Notes under the pieces: model-generated
Database searches by the model: none
Told to the model about the DNA's origin: nothing
Seen by the model: only the letters and a program-made list of their open reading frames with translations
NCBI GenBank assembly: GCA_049967655.1
Contig: JBMFSH010000001.1
Coordinates: 117,836 to 181,835 of the forward strand
Source: Acidobacteriota bacterium
Lineage (GTDB): Bacteria; Acidobacteriota; UBA4820; DSQY01
DNA: 64,000 bases
Direction of reading: 5' to 3'
Position numbers and translations under genes: made by a program
Shown here: positions 22,740 through 32,636 of the stretch, in pieces
Numbering within the stretch: the stretch's first letter is position 1
Layout of the letters: every line of letters begins with the position of its first letter

Positions 22740-23717
22740 ATGAAGATCGGGGTGATCCCTCCCGTACCCATGGAGCCTTTCGTGGCCTCGCGGCACGAGG
22801 TGGTCAACCTGTGGAGCGCCTTCTTCCTTGAGCAGGACCGCGCGTCGTGGATGGAGACGGCCCGGCTGGCCGGATTCCCGGAGAACTACTCTCCGTGGGC
22901 CATGGGTCTGTACGGGCTGGTCTGCGAACGGGGCATCGAAGCCGTCTTCTATCCCGAAACGGGCCTGCCCCGCGAGGTTGTCAACGTCCTCCACCTCCTG
23001 GGGGAACAGGAGATCCGGCTGGTTCCCTTCAGCTTCCCCCTGCTACGCAACCAGCAGCGGCTCCGGGGAGAACTCGACAGGCTCTGCAAGCGCCTGGATG
23101 TGGACCCAGGGGTGCTGGAGACGGTGATGGAGACTTGGCAGCAGGTCCGCACGGTCCTGCGTCGCTTCGACGGGCTCCAACAGCGGACCGGCGCCTTCTC
23201 ATCGAGAGACTACAGCGCCATGCTCGCGAGGAGCATGGACCCCCGTGGAGATCTTGAGGGGCTCCGCAGGGAGATCGAGCGGGGAATCCTGGACTACCGG
23301 GACCTGAACCGGGAGCGCTGGATCCGCCTGGGCACTCTCGGCCTCACCCCCTACCGTGGCGGTTTCTACGGGCTGCTGGAGCAGTCCAGGGCCGTGGTTA
23401 TTTACGACGAATGGGGTCTCGAGAACAATCCCATGTCCGCCTCCACCGACCTGAGCGTGCTTTACCATCAGTGTTCCCTGCCTTACGGGCTGAAGAGGAG
23501 GCTGGAGCGGACCCAGCGCGAAGCGGCCACGCGGAGGCTCCACGGGGTCATCCTTGGGGTCGAGTACCTCTCCGACAGCCTGCGCGACGAGGGCTTTTTC
23601 AAGGCCAATCTTGGCCTGCCCGTCCACACGGTGGAGAACCGCGGGGGAGAGCTCCTTTCTCCCCCCGAAGAGAAGGGGCTCCTGCGCTTCCTCGACCAAC
23701 TCGGGAGGAAGGCGTGA
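22740..23717 (+). CDS. 2-hydroxyacyl-CoA dehydratase subunit-like protein lacking Fe-S cysteines
   Basis: GFP..W..G.Y, VPFSFP, IRLG..G, PY...RL, LPVHTVE...F pattern of the HgdB/D-like family; an alternative TTG start lies at 22722. Confidence 0.6.
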   Translation: MKIGVIPPVPMEPFVASRHEVVNLWSAFFLEQDRASWMETARLAGFPENYSPWAMGLYGLVCERGIEAVFYPETGLPREVVNVLHLLGEQEIRLVPFSFPLLRNQQRLRGELDRLCKRLDVDPGVLETVMETWQQVRTVLRRFDGLQQRTGAFSSRDYSAMLARSMDPRGDLEGLRREIERGILDYRDLNRERWIRLGTLGLTPYRGGFYGLLEQSRAVVIYDEWGLENNPMSASTDLSVLYHQCSLPYGLKRRLERTQREAATRRLHGVILGVEYLSDSLRDEGFFKANLGLPVHTVENRGGELLSPPEEKGLLRFLDQLGRKA

Positions 23718-24643
23718 CGACGTGGCGATTCATGGATGAGGAGGAGCCGCGTGAGGGCGCCTGGAACATGGCCGTGGACGATCTCCTCTTCCAGGAGGCG
23801 GAGGAGGGGGAAGAGCAGGCCCCCACGCTCAGGCTCTACGGCTGGCGGCCCCACTGCCTCTCCATCGGTTTCCATCAGGAGTACCGGGAGGCCTGCGATC
23901 AACTCTACTGCCGGACGGCCGGTTACGACGTGGTCCGCAGGCCCACGGGCGGCAAGGCGGTGCTCCACGCCCAGGAGGTCACCTACGCCGTGGTGGCCCG
24001 CCAGGACCGGCCGCCCTTCGCCGGCCTCTCCCTGGAGGGAACCTACGGCCTCATCGCGGAGGCCCTGGCCGCCTCCCTGGAATGGCTCGGCCTGCCTGTG
24101 GTCCTGACCCGGCGGACCCTGCCCATTACCCCCCGGGGGGGCGCTCCTTGCTTCCTCGTCCCGTCGGAGAAAGAGCTCCTGGTCCGGGGCAGAAAGGTCG
24201 TGGGCAGCGCCCAGCGCCGGGGCCGCAGGTCCTTTCTTCAGCACGGCGCCGTCCCGCTTCACGTGGACTACGAGGGGCTGCGCCGCGCCACGGGGCGGGG
24301 CGAGGAGGAGGCGGAGCGCTACAAGGCCGCCTTCGCGGGCGTGGCGGACCTCCTCCCCGGCATCTCGGCGCGGGACGTAAAAGCGGCCCTGAGGATAGGC
24401 TTCGAGCGATCTCTGAGAGCGGAGTGGGAGGAGAGGCCTCTCACGGGCGCCGAGCGGGCGCAGGCGGAGGTGTTGAAGGCTCGGCGATACGGCTCGGCCC
24501 TCTGGACCCAGAAGGGCCCTGGAGAGGCCGGGCGGACCGGAGATTCCCCAAAGGCAAGTTTTTCCGCCTTCCCGTCTCCACCCTCCACCCTCCACTCCCC
24601 ACCGTTTCCGAGCGGCCTTTCCAAGCACGAACCAGAGTCTTAG
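23714..24643 (+). CDS. Lipoate-protein ligase/octanoyltransferase (LipM/LplA family)
   Basis: NMAVD, LRLYGW, RRPTGGKAVLH, KVVGSAQRR, LQHG. Confidence 0.9.
   Translation: MTTWRFMDEEEPREGAWNMAVDDLLFQEAEEGEEQAPTLRLYGWRPHCLSIGFHQEYREACDQLYCRTAGYDVVRRPTGGKAVLHAQEVTYAVVARQDRPPFAGLSLEGTYGLIAEALAASLEWLGLPVVLTRRTLPITPRGGAPCFLVPSEKELLVRGRKVVGSAQRRGRRSFLQHGAVPLHVDYEGLRRATGRGEEEAERYKAAFAGVADLLPGISARDVKAALRIGFERSLRAEWEERPLTGAERAQAEVLKARRYGSALWTQKGPGEAGRTGDSPKASFSAFPSPPSTLHSPPFPSGLSKHEPES
24575..24602 (+). repeat. CCTCCAC heptamer array (4 units)
   Basis: TCTCCAC CCTCCAC CCTCCAC TCCCCAC. Confidence 0.8.
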
Positions 24644-24652
24644 GAGGTTCCC

Positions 24653-25330
24653 ATGCTGAAACTGACCTATCACGGCCATTCCTGTTTCGAACTGGAGGCG
24701 GAGGGCAAGCGAGTCATCGTGGATCCCTTCCTCACCGGTAACGTCCACGCCAAGGTCAAGCCCGCCGACATCTGCGCGGATGCCATCCTTGTCAGCCACG
24801 GCCACGGCGACCACGTGGGGGACGCGGTGGAGATCGCCAAGAAAAACCGCTGTCCGGTCATCTCCAACTTCGAGATCGCCAACTGGTTCTCGGCGCAAGG
24901 CGTGGAGGCCCACGGCATGCACATCGGAGGCTCTCACACCTTCCCCTGGGGGCGCCTCAAGCTGACGCCCGCTTGGCACGGCTCCTCGCTGCCCGACGGA
25001 AGCTACGGCGGTACGCCCGCGGGCCTGCTCATTTGGATGGGTGGCAAGTGCGTGTACTACGCCGGCGACACGGGGATCCACTCCGACATGGCGCTCTACG
25101 GCAGGCTCAATCCCATCGACCTGGCGCTTCTCCCCATCGGCGACAACTTCACCATGGGGATTGATGATGCGGTGGAGGCCGCCGCGCTGTGCCAGGCCAA
25201 AGAGGTCATGCCCATCCACTACGACACCTTCCCCGTCATCCCGGCGGACCCGCGGGAGTTCGTCAAGCGCTGCCAGGCCAGGGGTCTCAAGGCGAGGGTG
25301 GTGGAGTTCGGGCAGACCGTCACGGTGTAA
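24653..25330 (+). CDS. Metal-dependent hydrolase, MBL fold (UPF0173/YtkL-like)
   Basis: GHSCF, DPF, SHGHGDH, AGDTG, PIHYDTF. Confidence 0.92.
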   Translation: MLKLTYHGHSCFELEAEGKRVIVDPFLTGNVHAKVKPADICADAILVSHGHGDHVGDAVEIAKKNRCPVISNFEIANWFSAQGVEAHGMHIGGSHTFPWGRLKLTPAWHGSSLPDGSYGGTPAGLLIWMGGKCVYYAGDTGIHSDMALYGRLNPIDLALLPIGDNFTMGIDDAVEAAALCQAKEVMPIHYDTFPVIPADPREFVKRCQARGLKARVVEFGQTVTV

Positions 25331-25360
25331 GGGATAAAGACCGCCGGGAGGAGGAAGCGC

Positions 25361-26941
25361 ATGAACGACCAGCAGGAGGCGAGGGCGGAGGCGACGCAGA
25401 GCGTGAATCCCGCCACGGGAGAGGTGATCGGCACTTCCCGGCTGCAAACCCGTGAAGAGTTGCGACGGATCATCGCGGAGGCGAGGGCCGCTCAGCCCGC
25501 CTGGGCGGCCCTTGCCCCCCAGGCCCGCGCCAAAGCCCTGATGCCGGTCAGGGAGTTCATCGTCAACCGGGCCGACGAGCTCGCCGCCACGATTTCCCGC
25601 GACAACGGCAAGACGAGGGTGGACGCCCTGGCCACGGAGGTCCTGCCTGCGGCCATCGCACTCACTTATTACGCGAAGAAGGCCCCCCGTTTTCTCGGCG
25701 ACCAGAGGCTCAGGCCCGCCACGTGGCTCCTGGCCAATAAGCGGAGCCACGTGGTTCGGGTTCCCTACGGGGTGATCGGGATCATATCGCCCTGGAACTA
25801 CCCCTTCGCCATCCCCTTCTCCGAAGTGGTCATGGCACTGCTCGCGGGGAACGCCGTGGTGCTTAAGACCGCCACCGAGACCCAGATGGTGGGCCGCGCG
25901 CTGGAGGAGTGCCTCTCCGCCGCGAGACTGCCCAAGGGGCTTTTCGCCTTCGTGAACATGCCGGGACGTTTGGCGGGCGAGGCATTCCTGGAGGAGGGCG
26001 TGAACAAACTCTTCTTCACGGGCTCCACCGCCGTGGGCAAGGGCCTCATGATCAAGGCCTCGGAGAGGCTCACCCCGCTCTCCCTGGAGCTGGGCGGCAA
26101 CGATGCCATGCTCGTGTGCGAGGACGCTGACGTAGAGAGGGCGGCCGCGGGGGCCCTCTGGGCCGGCATGCAGAACGCCGGTCAATCCTGCGGCGGCGTG
26201 GAGCGCATCTACGTCCACGAGCGGATATACGACGCCTTCCTCGACTCCCTGAAGCGGCGCGTGGAGGCGATGCGGGTGGGCCCGGGCGCGGATTTCGCGG
26301 TGGACATGGGCGCCATGACCACTCAGCGCCAAGTGGAGACGGTGCGCCGGCACGTGGAGGACGCCATCGCCAAGGGGGCGCGCCTGTACGCGAGCTCGGC
26401 TTCACCCGAGGGAGGACCGGGCCTCTTCCTGCCGGCCATGGTTCTCACCGAGGTGACCCACGACATGCTCGTCATGCGGGAGGAGACCTTCGGGCCCGTG
26501 GTGGGCGTGATGAAGGTGGCGACCATGGAGGAGGCGGTCTCCCTGGCCAACGACTCCAACCTCGGCCTCACGGCTTCGGTCTGGTCGCGCAGCCGCCGCC
26601 GGGCCGAGGCACTGGCCCGGCGCATCGAGGCGGGGGCCGTGACGGTCAACGACCACCTCATGAGCCACGGCCTGCCGGAGACGCCCTGGGGCGGCTTCAA
26701 GGAGTCGAGCCTGGGCAGGACCCACGGCCGCATCGGGTTCGACGAGATGACCCAGCCCCAGGTGATCGTCCACGATGTCCTGCCCGGTCTGCGCCGAGAC
26801 CTCTGGTGGCATCCGCACTCCAAGGAGGTTTACGCGGCCCTGCGCGGCCTGCTGGATCTCCTGTATGGAAGCGGCTGGGTGCGGCGTCTGCGGGGTCTGC
26901 CTTCGGTTCTGAAGGCCTTCCCCAGAATGTTCCGGCCCTAG
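25361..26941 (+). CDS. Aldehyde dehydrogenase
   Basis: PWNYP, FTGS, LELGG, NAGQSC, EETFGP. Confidence 0.95.
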   Translation: MNDQQEARAEATQSVNPATGEVIGTSRLQTREELRRIIAEARAAQPAWAALAPQARAKALMPVREFIVNRADELAATISRDNGKTRVDALATEVLPAAIALTYYAKKAPRFLGDQRLRPATWLLANKRSHVVRVPYGVIGIISPWNYPFAIPFSEVVMALLAGNAVVLKTATETQMVGRALEECLSAARLPKGLFAFVNMPGRLAGEAFLEEGVNKLFFTGSTAVGKGLMIKASERLTPLSLELGGNDAMLVCEDADVERAAAGALWAGMQNAGQSCGGVERIYVHERIYDAFLDSLKRRVEAMRVGPGADFAVDMGAMTTQRQVETVRRHVEDAIAKGARLYASSASPEGGPGLFLPAMVLTEVTHDMLVMREETFGPVVGVMKVATMEEAVSLANDSNLGLTASVWSRSRRRAEALARRIEAGAVTVNDHLMSHGLPETPWGGFKESSLGRTHGRIGFDEMTQPQVIVHDVLPGLRRDLWWHPHSKEVYAALRGLLDLLYGSGWVRRLRGLPSVLKAFPRMFRP

Positions 26942-27100
26942 CGGGGTTTTACCTCTCGGCCCTCGGTATGCGGCCTTCGGAATCCCGGGGGAGCCTGGCG
27001 CCGGCGCTCATCCGCGCGGCCGCCGTCGCTCGGAAGGGTGTGGTATGGTGGAAAGGCGGGTGCCAGCCAGAAGAGGCCCCGAATTCGCCGAGTGGGGGCC

Positions 27101-28537
27101 ATGAGCCAGACGGACGGGCGCTTTCGCTATTTCCTCTCCAGGGCACGCATCTCCCCGACGAAATGGATATCGCAGCTCCAGTGGCTGCTGCTCGCGGCTT
27201 GGCTGCTCTTCGCCCACTGGCTCCTGTTCGGGTGGGGACGGCTCGTGGAGGTGGAGTATTTCAGCCACTTTCACGGCGTCTTCGCGGAGGAGGTGGCCTT
27301 CAAGGCGGGAATCCTACCCAACTTCGGGCTCGTTACGCTGGCCGTGCTCGCTCTCGAGGCCTGGCTTCAGGCCCTCTGGAAAAGGAGCACCTGCGAGGTG
27401 CTGGCGGTGGAGGGCGGCTGGCGGTGGCTGGGCAGGCGCGGACCGGAGGTGGTGCGCCGGATGATCGGATCGCCGGGCGGAGCCTGGTGCCTCGGTGCGG
27501 ACCGCTGGTTCTTCGTGCCGAAGGGCTACGTGGATTCCCGCGGCGCGGACTGGCTGCGATGCGCTGCGAACGGAACCTCTCCCCTGTGGCACTGGCGGAG
27601 GCTGGCCAGCCCTCTTCTGGGGCTCCTGGTGGTCCTGCTGGCGGGGGCTGCCTTGCTGGAGCGGCCCGTGGTGGAGCACAGGACGGTCCTGAGGCGCATC
27701 TACCGCGCCGTGGAGTCGCGAAATGCCGTCAGGATAGCGGCCCTGCTGCGGGACCATCCCGAATTCAGGCCCTGGGTCTTGTACCTCTCCACCATGCCCG
27801 CCTGCGATCAGGCCGCCTGCCTGCAGTCGCAGATCACCGACCGACTGGAAATGCTGAGCATCGGTCCCGGCTACGCGGGCGACGGAGCCACCCTGGTGCG
27901 GCTTCTCATCGTGAACGGCCGCGCTCCCCTAGCGCTGCGCCTGATGGGAGGGAAGGGCCCGCTGGCCTTGGACATCGCCGTCCGGCTTGGGCGTGTTCGG
28001 GAGGCTGAAAGGCTCCTCGCGGATGGGGAGGGAGGCAAGGAGGGAGACATGAAGACCACGAAGGCCTTGCTCCGGCTCCAGGAGGGGCAGTACGTGAGGG
28101 CGCTCGATGACCTTCAGGGACAGGAAGATACGACTCCTCCCCAAAGGACGCTGGCCATCCGGGCGGTGGCGGAGTATCTGGCTGGCCGGTGCGGCCAGGC
28201 GAGACGCGATGCTTTTCTGCTCATGGTACCCGAATCCCTCCCGCAGGCCGACCATTCCTACGACAACCCGCCCACGGGCCTGGCCACCCTGATCAATGCC
28301 TCGCAGGACATACGTGCCAAAGCGTCCAAGGCGTTGGGGCAGCTTCTGCTGGGCGATGGGGGTGCGGCCAGATCGGAATGGGCCGCGGCGGAGGAGAGGG
28401 CCCGGTACGCGGGCCTCATGGGGACCCTCGACAACGACCGGATCCTGCTGGGCCTGTTGGATCCTTCGGGCCCCTGGATCAGGCCGGCGAGAAAGCCCGC
28501 GAACAGCTCGGTTGCAGGCAACGGGAAAGTTCTGTAG
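27101..28537 (+). CDS. Hypothetical membrane protein with helical/TPR-like C-terminus
   Basis: About three hydrophobic segments followed by helical repeats; start uncertain. Confidence 0.55.
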   Translation: MSQTDGRFRYFLSRARISPTKWISQLQWLLLAAWLLFAHWLLFGWGRLVEVEYFSHFHGVFAEEVAFKAGILPNFGLVTLAVLALEAWLQALWKRSTCEVLAVEGGWRWLGRRGPEVVRRMIGSPGGAWCLGADRWFFVPKGYVDSRGADWLRCAANGTSPLWHWRRLASPLLGLLVVLLAGAALLERPVVEHRTVLRRIYRAVESRNAVRIAALLRDHPEFRPWVLYLSTMPACDQAACLQSQITDRLEMLSIGPGYAGDGATLVRLLIVNGRAPLALRLMGGKGPLALDIAVRLGRVREAERLLADGEGGKEGDMKTTKALLRLQEGQYVRALDDLQGQEDTTPPQRTLAIRAVAEYLAGRCGQARRDAFLLMVPESLPQADHSYDNPPTGLATLINASQDIRAKASKALGQLLLGDGGAARSEWAAAEERARYAGLMGTLDNDRILLGLLDPSGPWIRPARKPANSSVAGNGKVL

Positions 28538-28660
28538 GTTCAGAGGGGACTCCGCCCAAAGGGCCGAGCCCCATGCCCCTGGAACGGCTGGACGGGCCGG
28601 AAGAGCCGGCGGAAAAGGCGTGAAGCGACCGGGGCGGACCAACCAAGAAGGAGCAAGACG

Positions 28661-30457
28661 ATGCGGCGCAACTGGGCCCTACTGATCCTGGCCTTGGCGT
28701 GGGTGCTGCCCGCGTGGGCGGGATCCTCCATGACCAAGGGGAAGTTCGATCTCTACTTAAACGGGGTGAACAAGGGCTACGAGAAGTTCAAGACAAAGCT
28801 TGACGCCAAGAAAAACGAGTGGACCATCAGCTCGGAGGTTCGGTTCAAACTCCCGGTGGTCAAGGCCAAGCGCGGGTACGTGGATCTCTACCTCTACCCC
28901 GTTCTCAATTTGAATGCCCAGACAAAGGCCATCATGGGCTATTCCTACCGTCTGACCTATAATGATTTTAGCAACATGGACATCACGGAGGCCCAGGATT
29001 CGGCTACCGAAGTCATCGACCAGGACTTCCGGCACTACGACCTCTTCAACCGAAGCGCCCAGGAGCAACAGGACGAGATGCACGACCGCATCGACCTGGG
29101 GGTGAATGCGGGCAAATGCGAGCCCATTGGGGACACCCTGCACTTCCAACAATACCGATTCTCCAACAACCGGATCAAAGATGAACCCTTGCCAAAGCAC
29201 TTGGTGATTCTGGACGCCTATGCCTTCTGCCTGTACATCCCGCTCGCCGAGAAGGCCCTCGCCATGAAGGGGGACAGCCTTCCCGTGATGGTGGCCATGC
29301 CCCAGGGCATGGCGCTCAAGCCGGGCACGGTGGACTACATGGGCATCGAGCGGACGCCCTTCAAGGGCAACATGATGATCCTCAGGCATTACGACGTGAA
29401 CATCGGCGGTAGCACCCTCTCCTCCTTCTGGGTGGACAAGACGGGCCAATTGATTCAGGTGGTGATCCCAGATCAGGGCCTTCTGGCTGTCATCGCGAAC
29501 TACAAGCCGCAACCTTACGACCATGAAGAGCCCAGGATCGTGAGGGAGACCATCAAGATGCAGGGGGGGTTCAACGAGAACCGCGTCCACATCCCATCCG
29601 GGGGAATCACTTTGGGGGGGACGCTGGCCCAGCCGCCGGGAGCGGGACCCTTCCCCACCATCCTCATGGTGCAGGATCTGGAACCCCTTGACCGGGATGG
29701 GAATGACCCCTCCAACCCTTACAGCCGCGCGGGAACGTGGAAACAGCTCGCCTACTACCTCACGGAGCAGGGATTCGCCACGCTCAGGGTAGATTCCAGG
29801 GGCGTGGGCGAATCGGGGGGCGATCTTCTGAAGACCTCGTGGGCCGATCGGGTGGGGGACGTACAAGCCCTCGTTCGCTGGCTTGCCGACAGGCCGACCA
29901 CGAGCGGCCATAAGGTGGTGGTGGTTTCCCTGGGGCTGGGCGGGTGGGTCTCCGCCCAGGCCATCACCTCGGCTCCACTGCCCGTGACGGGCTTCGTCGC
30001 CATTGCCTATCCCGCCAAACCCCTGCTTCGGCTCTGGAAGGAGCAGATCGGGAACATAGACGACCCCCAAACCCGTCAGCAGGCTTATTTGGATCTGGAC
30101 ACCTTGCAGGGCAAGCTCCAGGAAGTCGGCGTGGAATGGGCCAACTTCCGAGGATCCAAGGTCTACCTACCCACCGTCAGGACCATGGATAAGATCGACC
30201 CCGACAGCCTGGCGGCTTCGCTCAAGATTCCCTGCCTCTTCGCCTACCCCGAGCAGGATAAAGTCATCATGGCCTTCCATAAAGACGTCTTGTCGGATTA
30301 CCTGCATACAGGGCAGAAGGCGGAGTTGCTCCCGGGAGTCGGGCACCAGCTCACCCCCCAGAATGAACAGGGGCTGCCGACCGGTTTGGTGGACGGCAGC
30401 AAGTTGGGGCCTCTCACGAGCTGGTTGAAAGGGCTCTGGAGTCCGGAGGTGCACTAG
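28661..30457 (+). CDS. Exported alpha/beta-hydrolase-fold protein, nucleophile apparently absent
   Basis: Signal peptide; LGGTL..P..GPFP, DRDG, LRVDSRGVGESGG, PGVGH; elbow reads SLGLGG. Confidence 0.8.
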   Translation: MRRNWALLILALAWVLPAWAGSSMTKGKFDLYLNGVNKGYEKFKTKLDAKKNEWTISSEVRFKLPVVKAKRGYVDLYLYPVLNLNAQTKAIMGYSYRLTYNDFSNMDITEAQDSATEVIDQDFRHYDLFNRSAQEQQDEMHDRIDLGVNAGKCEPIGDTLHFQQYRFSNNRIKDEPLPKHLVILDAYAFCLYIPLAEKALAMKGDSLPVMVAMPQGMALKPGTVDYMGIERTPFKGNMMILRHYDVNIGGSTLSSFWVDKTGQLIQVVIPDQGLLAVIANYKPQPYDHEEPRIVRETIKMQGGFNENRVHIPSGGITLGGTLAQPPGAGPFPTILMVQDLEPLDRDGNDPSNPYSRAGTWKQLAYYLTEQGFATLRVDSRGVGESGGDLLKTSWADRVGDVQALVRWLADRPTTSGHKVVVVSLGLGGWVSAQAITSAPLPVTGFVAIAYPAKPLLRLWKEQIGNIDDPQTRQQAYLDLDTLQGKLQEVGVEWANFRGSKVYLPTVRTMDKIDPDSLAASLKIPCLFAYPEQDKVIMAFHKDVLSDYLHTGQKAELLPGVGHQLTPQNEQGLPTGLVDGSKLGPLTSWLKGLWSPEVH

Positions 30458-32580
30458 TGTCCGTGTACCCGCGTGGCTTCTGGGCTTTGATTGTAGCCGC
30501 GGCCATGGCGGCGGCGAGCGTTAGCGCAGCCAGCCCGGTCGTGCCGCCGGGGGCCGCGAGAAGGCCCAATCTTCTGATCATCACGCTGGATACCACGCGG
30601 GCCGACCATCTCGGCTGTTACGGAGACGGGCAGGCCGAGACCCCGACCCTCGACGGGCTGGCCCGTACAGGGGTTCTCTTCGAGGAGGCCCACAGCCACG
30701 TGCCCTTGACGCTGCCCTCCCACGCCGTCCTGATGACTGGGGACCTCCCCTCGACGCTGAACCTCCGTGTCAACGGACTCAACTTCAAGGCCGGCGCGGT
30801 TCCCCTGGCCTCCATCTTGAAAAGCCGGGGCTATTGGACGGTCGCGGTGGTCTCATCGGTGATCCTGGATCGCGCCCGGGGCCTGAATCAGGGGTTCATG
30901 CACTACGACGACCGGATGACCATCAGCTCCCAGCCCGGGGCGCCGCCCGAGGAGCGGCCCGGCGGGGAGGTGAGCGACGCGGCGCTGGCCGCCGTCAAGT
31001 CTGTGAAGGCCCCGTTCTTCCTCTGGGTGCATTATTACGATGCGCACTTCCCTTACCGCCCGCCCGAGCCCTATGCCAAGGAGTTCCGTGGGCGCCCCTA
31101 CGACGGCGAGATCGCCTACATGGACGCTTCCATCGGGAGGCTTCTGGAGGGCCTGCGAAGCCAGGGGCGCCTCGATGACACGCTGGTGGTGGTAACGGGC
31201 GACCACGGAGAGGGCCTCATGGAACACGGCGAGCGCCAGCACGGCGTTTTCCTGTACGAGTACGCCCTGCGCGTTCCCCTCATCCTGGCCTGGAGGGGCC
31301 ACCTTCCCGAGGGCCGGAGGATCCCCGACCTGTGCGGCCTGGCCGACGTCGCGCCCACCGTTCTTACTCTCATGGACATTCCACCCCCCGCGAAGACAGA
31401 CGGCGAAAGCCTCGTGCCTCTGCTGAAGGGCGGATCGCCGCCCTCCAGAAGCCTGTACATCGAGTCCTACCACGGCTTCTTCACGTACGGGTGGGCGCCC
31501 CTGAGGGGCATCATGACGGACCGCTGGAAATTCATCGAGGCCCCGAAGCCGGAGCTCTACGAGTGGCGGAAGTCAGAAACGCGGAACCTCTACCGGCCCG
31601 ATGCGCCCGAAGTGGCCGAGGCGAGGAAGGCGCTGGCCGGCTACCCCGAAGCCGACCGGGGTGAGCGGGCGGCCATGGAGAGCCTGCTCAAGGACCCCTC
31701 CAACACCGAAACCCTCCGTCAGCTCATGAGCCTGGGGTACCTTTCGGGCGGCGGCACCCGTCCGGACGCTCCCGGCCTTCTGGATCCGAAGGATGCCATC
31801 GGAATCGAGGAGGAGCTGAGGGAAGCCAACGACATGATGGATTTGGGGAACCCGCGCGAGGGAACGCAGAAGCTCCTCGGCGTACTGAAGAGGAACCCCC
31901 AGAATGTTCCGGCCCTCTCCATGCTGGGAATCGCCTACATGAAGGCGGGGCGGCTCGACAAGGCCCAGGTCTGCTTTCAAGAGGAAATCCGCCTGAAGCC
32001 CCAAATAGACACGGCCCACCTCAACCTGGGCACGGTGTACAAGCGCACCGGCAGGCCGGAACTCGCGGAGCGGGAGTACAGGGCGGCCCTCGCGCTCTCC
32101 CCCCGCATGCCCGAGGCGGTGGCGAGCTTGGCTCAGATCCTGCTCGGCCAGAAGAGGACCGCCGAGGCCCGGGAGGTGCTGGAGCCAGCCCTCTCCGCTC
32201 ACGTGGAGAGCGCCGACATCTACTTCGAGAAGGGAGTGCTCGAAGCCATGACCCAGAACTGGGAGGCGGCCCGATTCGCCTTTACCAAGGTGCTCACCCT
32301 GGACCCGCGGCGGGATGAAGCCATGGCCAATCTCGGACGCATCGCCTTCCAGCAGGGAAGGGTGGACGAGGCCATCGCCCAGTACGAGAGGGCGCTCCGC
32401 CTTTCCCCTCAAAACGTTGAAGTCCTGGCCACGGTGGGCTCCCTCTATCTCAACGGGAAAAATGACCAGGGTCATGCGCTCAGGTACTTCCAGCGGGCCC
32501 TGGCCGCCGATCCATACGGTCCCAGGGCCAAGGATCTCCGGGAGATGGTCCGGGCGCTCCAGGCGGCCGGAGGCGAATAG
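30457..32580 (+). CDS. Sulfatase-like hydrolase with C-terminal TPRs
   Basis: PNLLIITLDTTRAD, TLPSH, YDGEIAYMD, GDHGE, LGY, then TPR repeats. Confidence 0.9.
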   Translation: MSVYPRGFWALIVAAAMAAASVSAASPVVPPGAARRPNLLIITLDTTRADHLGCYGDGQAETPTLDGLARTGVLFEEAHSHVPLTLPSHAVLMTGDLPSTLNLRVNGLNFKAGAVPLASILKSRGYWTVAVVSSVILDRARGLNQGFMHYDDRMTISSQPGAPPEERPGGEVSDAALAAVKSVKAPFFLWVHYYDAHFPYRPPEPYAKEFRGRPYDGEIAYMDASIGRLLEGLRSQGRLDDTLVVVTGDHGEGLMEHGERQHGVFLYEYALRVPLILAWRGHLPEGRRIPDLCGLADVAPTVLTLMDIPPPAKTDGESLVPLLKGGSPPSRSLYIESYHGFFTYGWAPLRGIMTDRWKFIEAPKPELYEWRKSETRNLYRPDAPEVAEARKALAGYPEADRGERAAMESLLKDPSNTETLRQLMSLGYLSGGGTRPDAPGLLDPKDAIGIEEELREANDMMDLGNPREGTQKLLGVLKRNPQNVPALSMLGIAYMKAGRLDKAQVCFQEEIRLKPQIDTAHLNLGTVYKRTGRPELAEREYRAALALSPRMPEAVASLAQILLGQKRTAEAREVLEPALSAHVESADIYFEKGVLEAMTQNWEAARFAFTKVLTLDPRRDEAMANLGRIAFQQGRVDEAIAQYERALRLSPQNVEVLATVGSLYLNGKNDQGHALRYFQRALAADPYGPRAKDLREMVRALQAAGGE

Positions 32581-32636
32581 GAAGGGCGCGAGAAGGCGCT
32601 TGTCATGCCGGAGTCAGTTCTTGGAAGGGGGAATCG

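Noticed and set aside
21244..24643. Alternative lipoate synthesis pathway (LipS1/S2 plus ligase)
   Set aside because: The radical SAM protein has a B12-binding N-terminal domain, unlike lipoyl synthases, and is separated from the ligase unit by an intergenic gap
30457..32580. Sulfatase lacking the CxPxR formylglycine motif as a further pseudoenzyme
   Set aside because: The TLPSH variant is to my knowledge common in sulfatase-TPR proteins, Thr could act as nucleophile, and the metal ligands are intact
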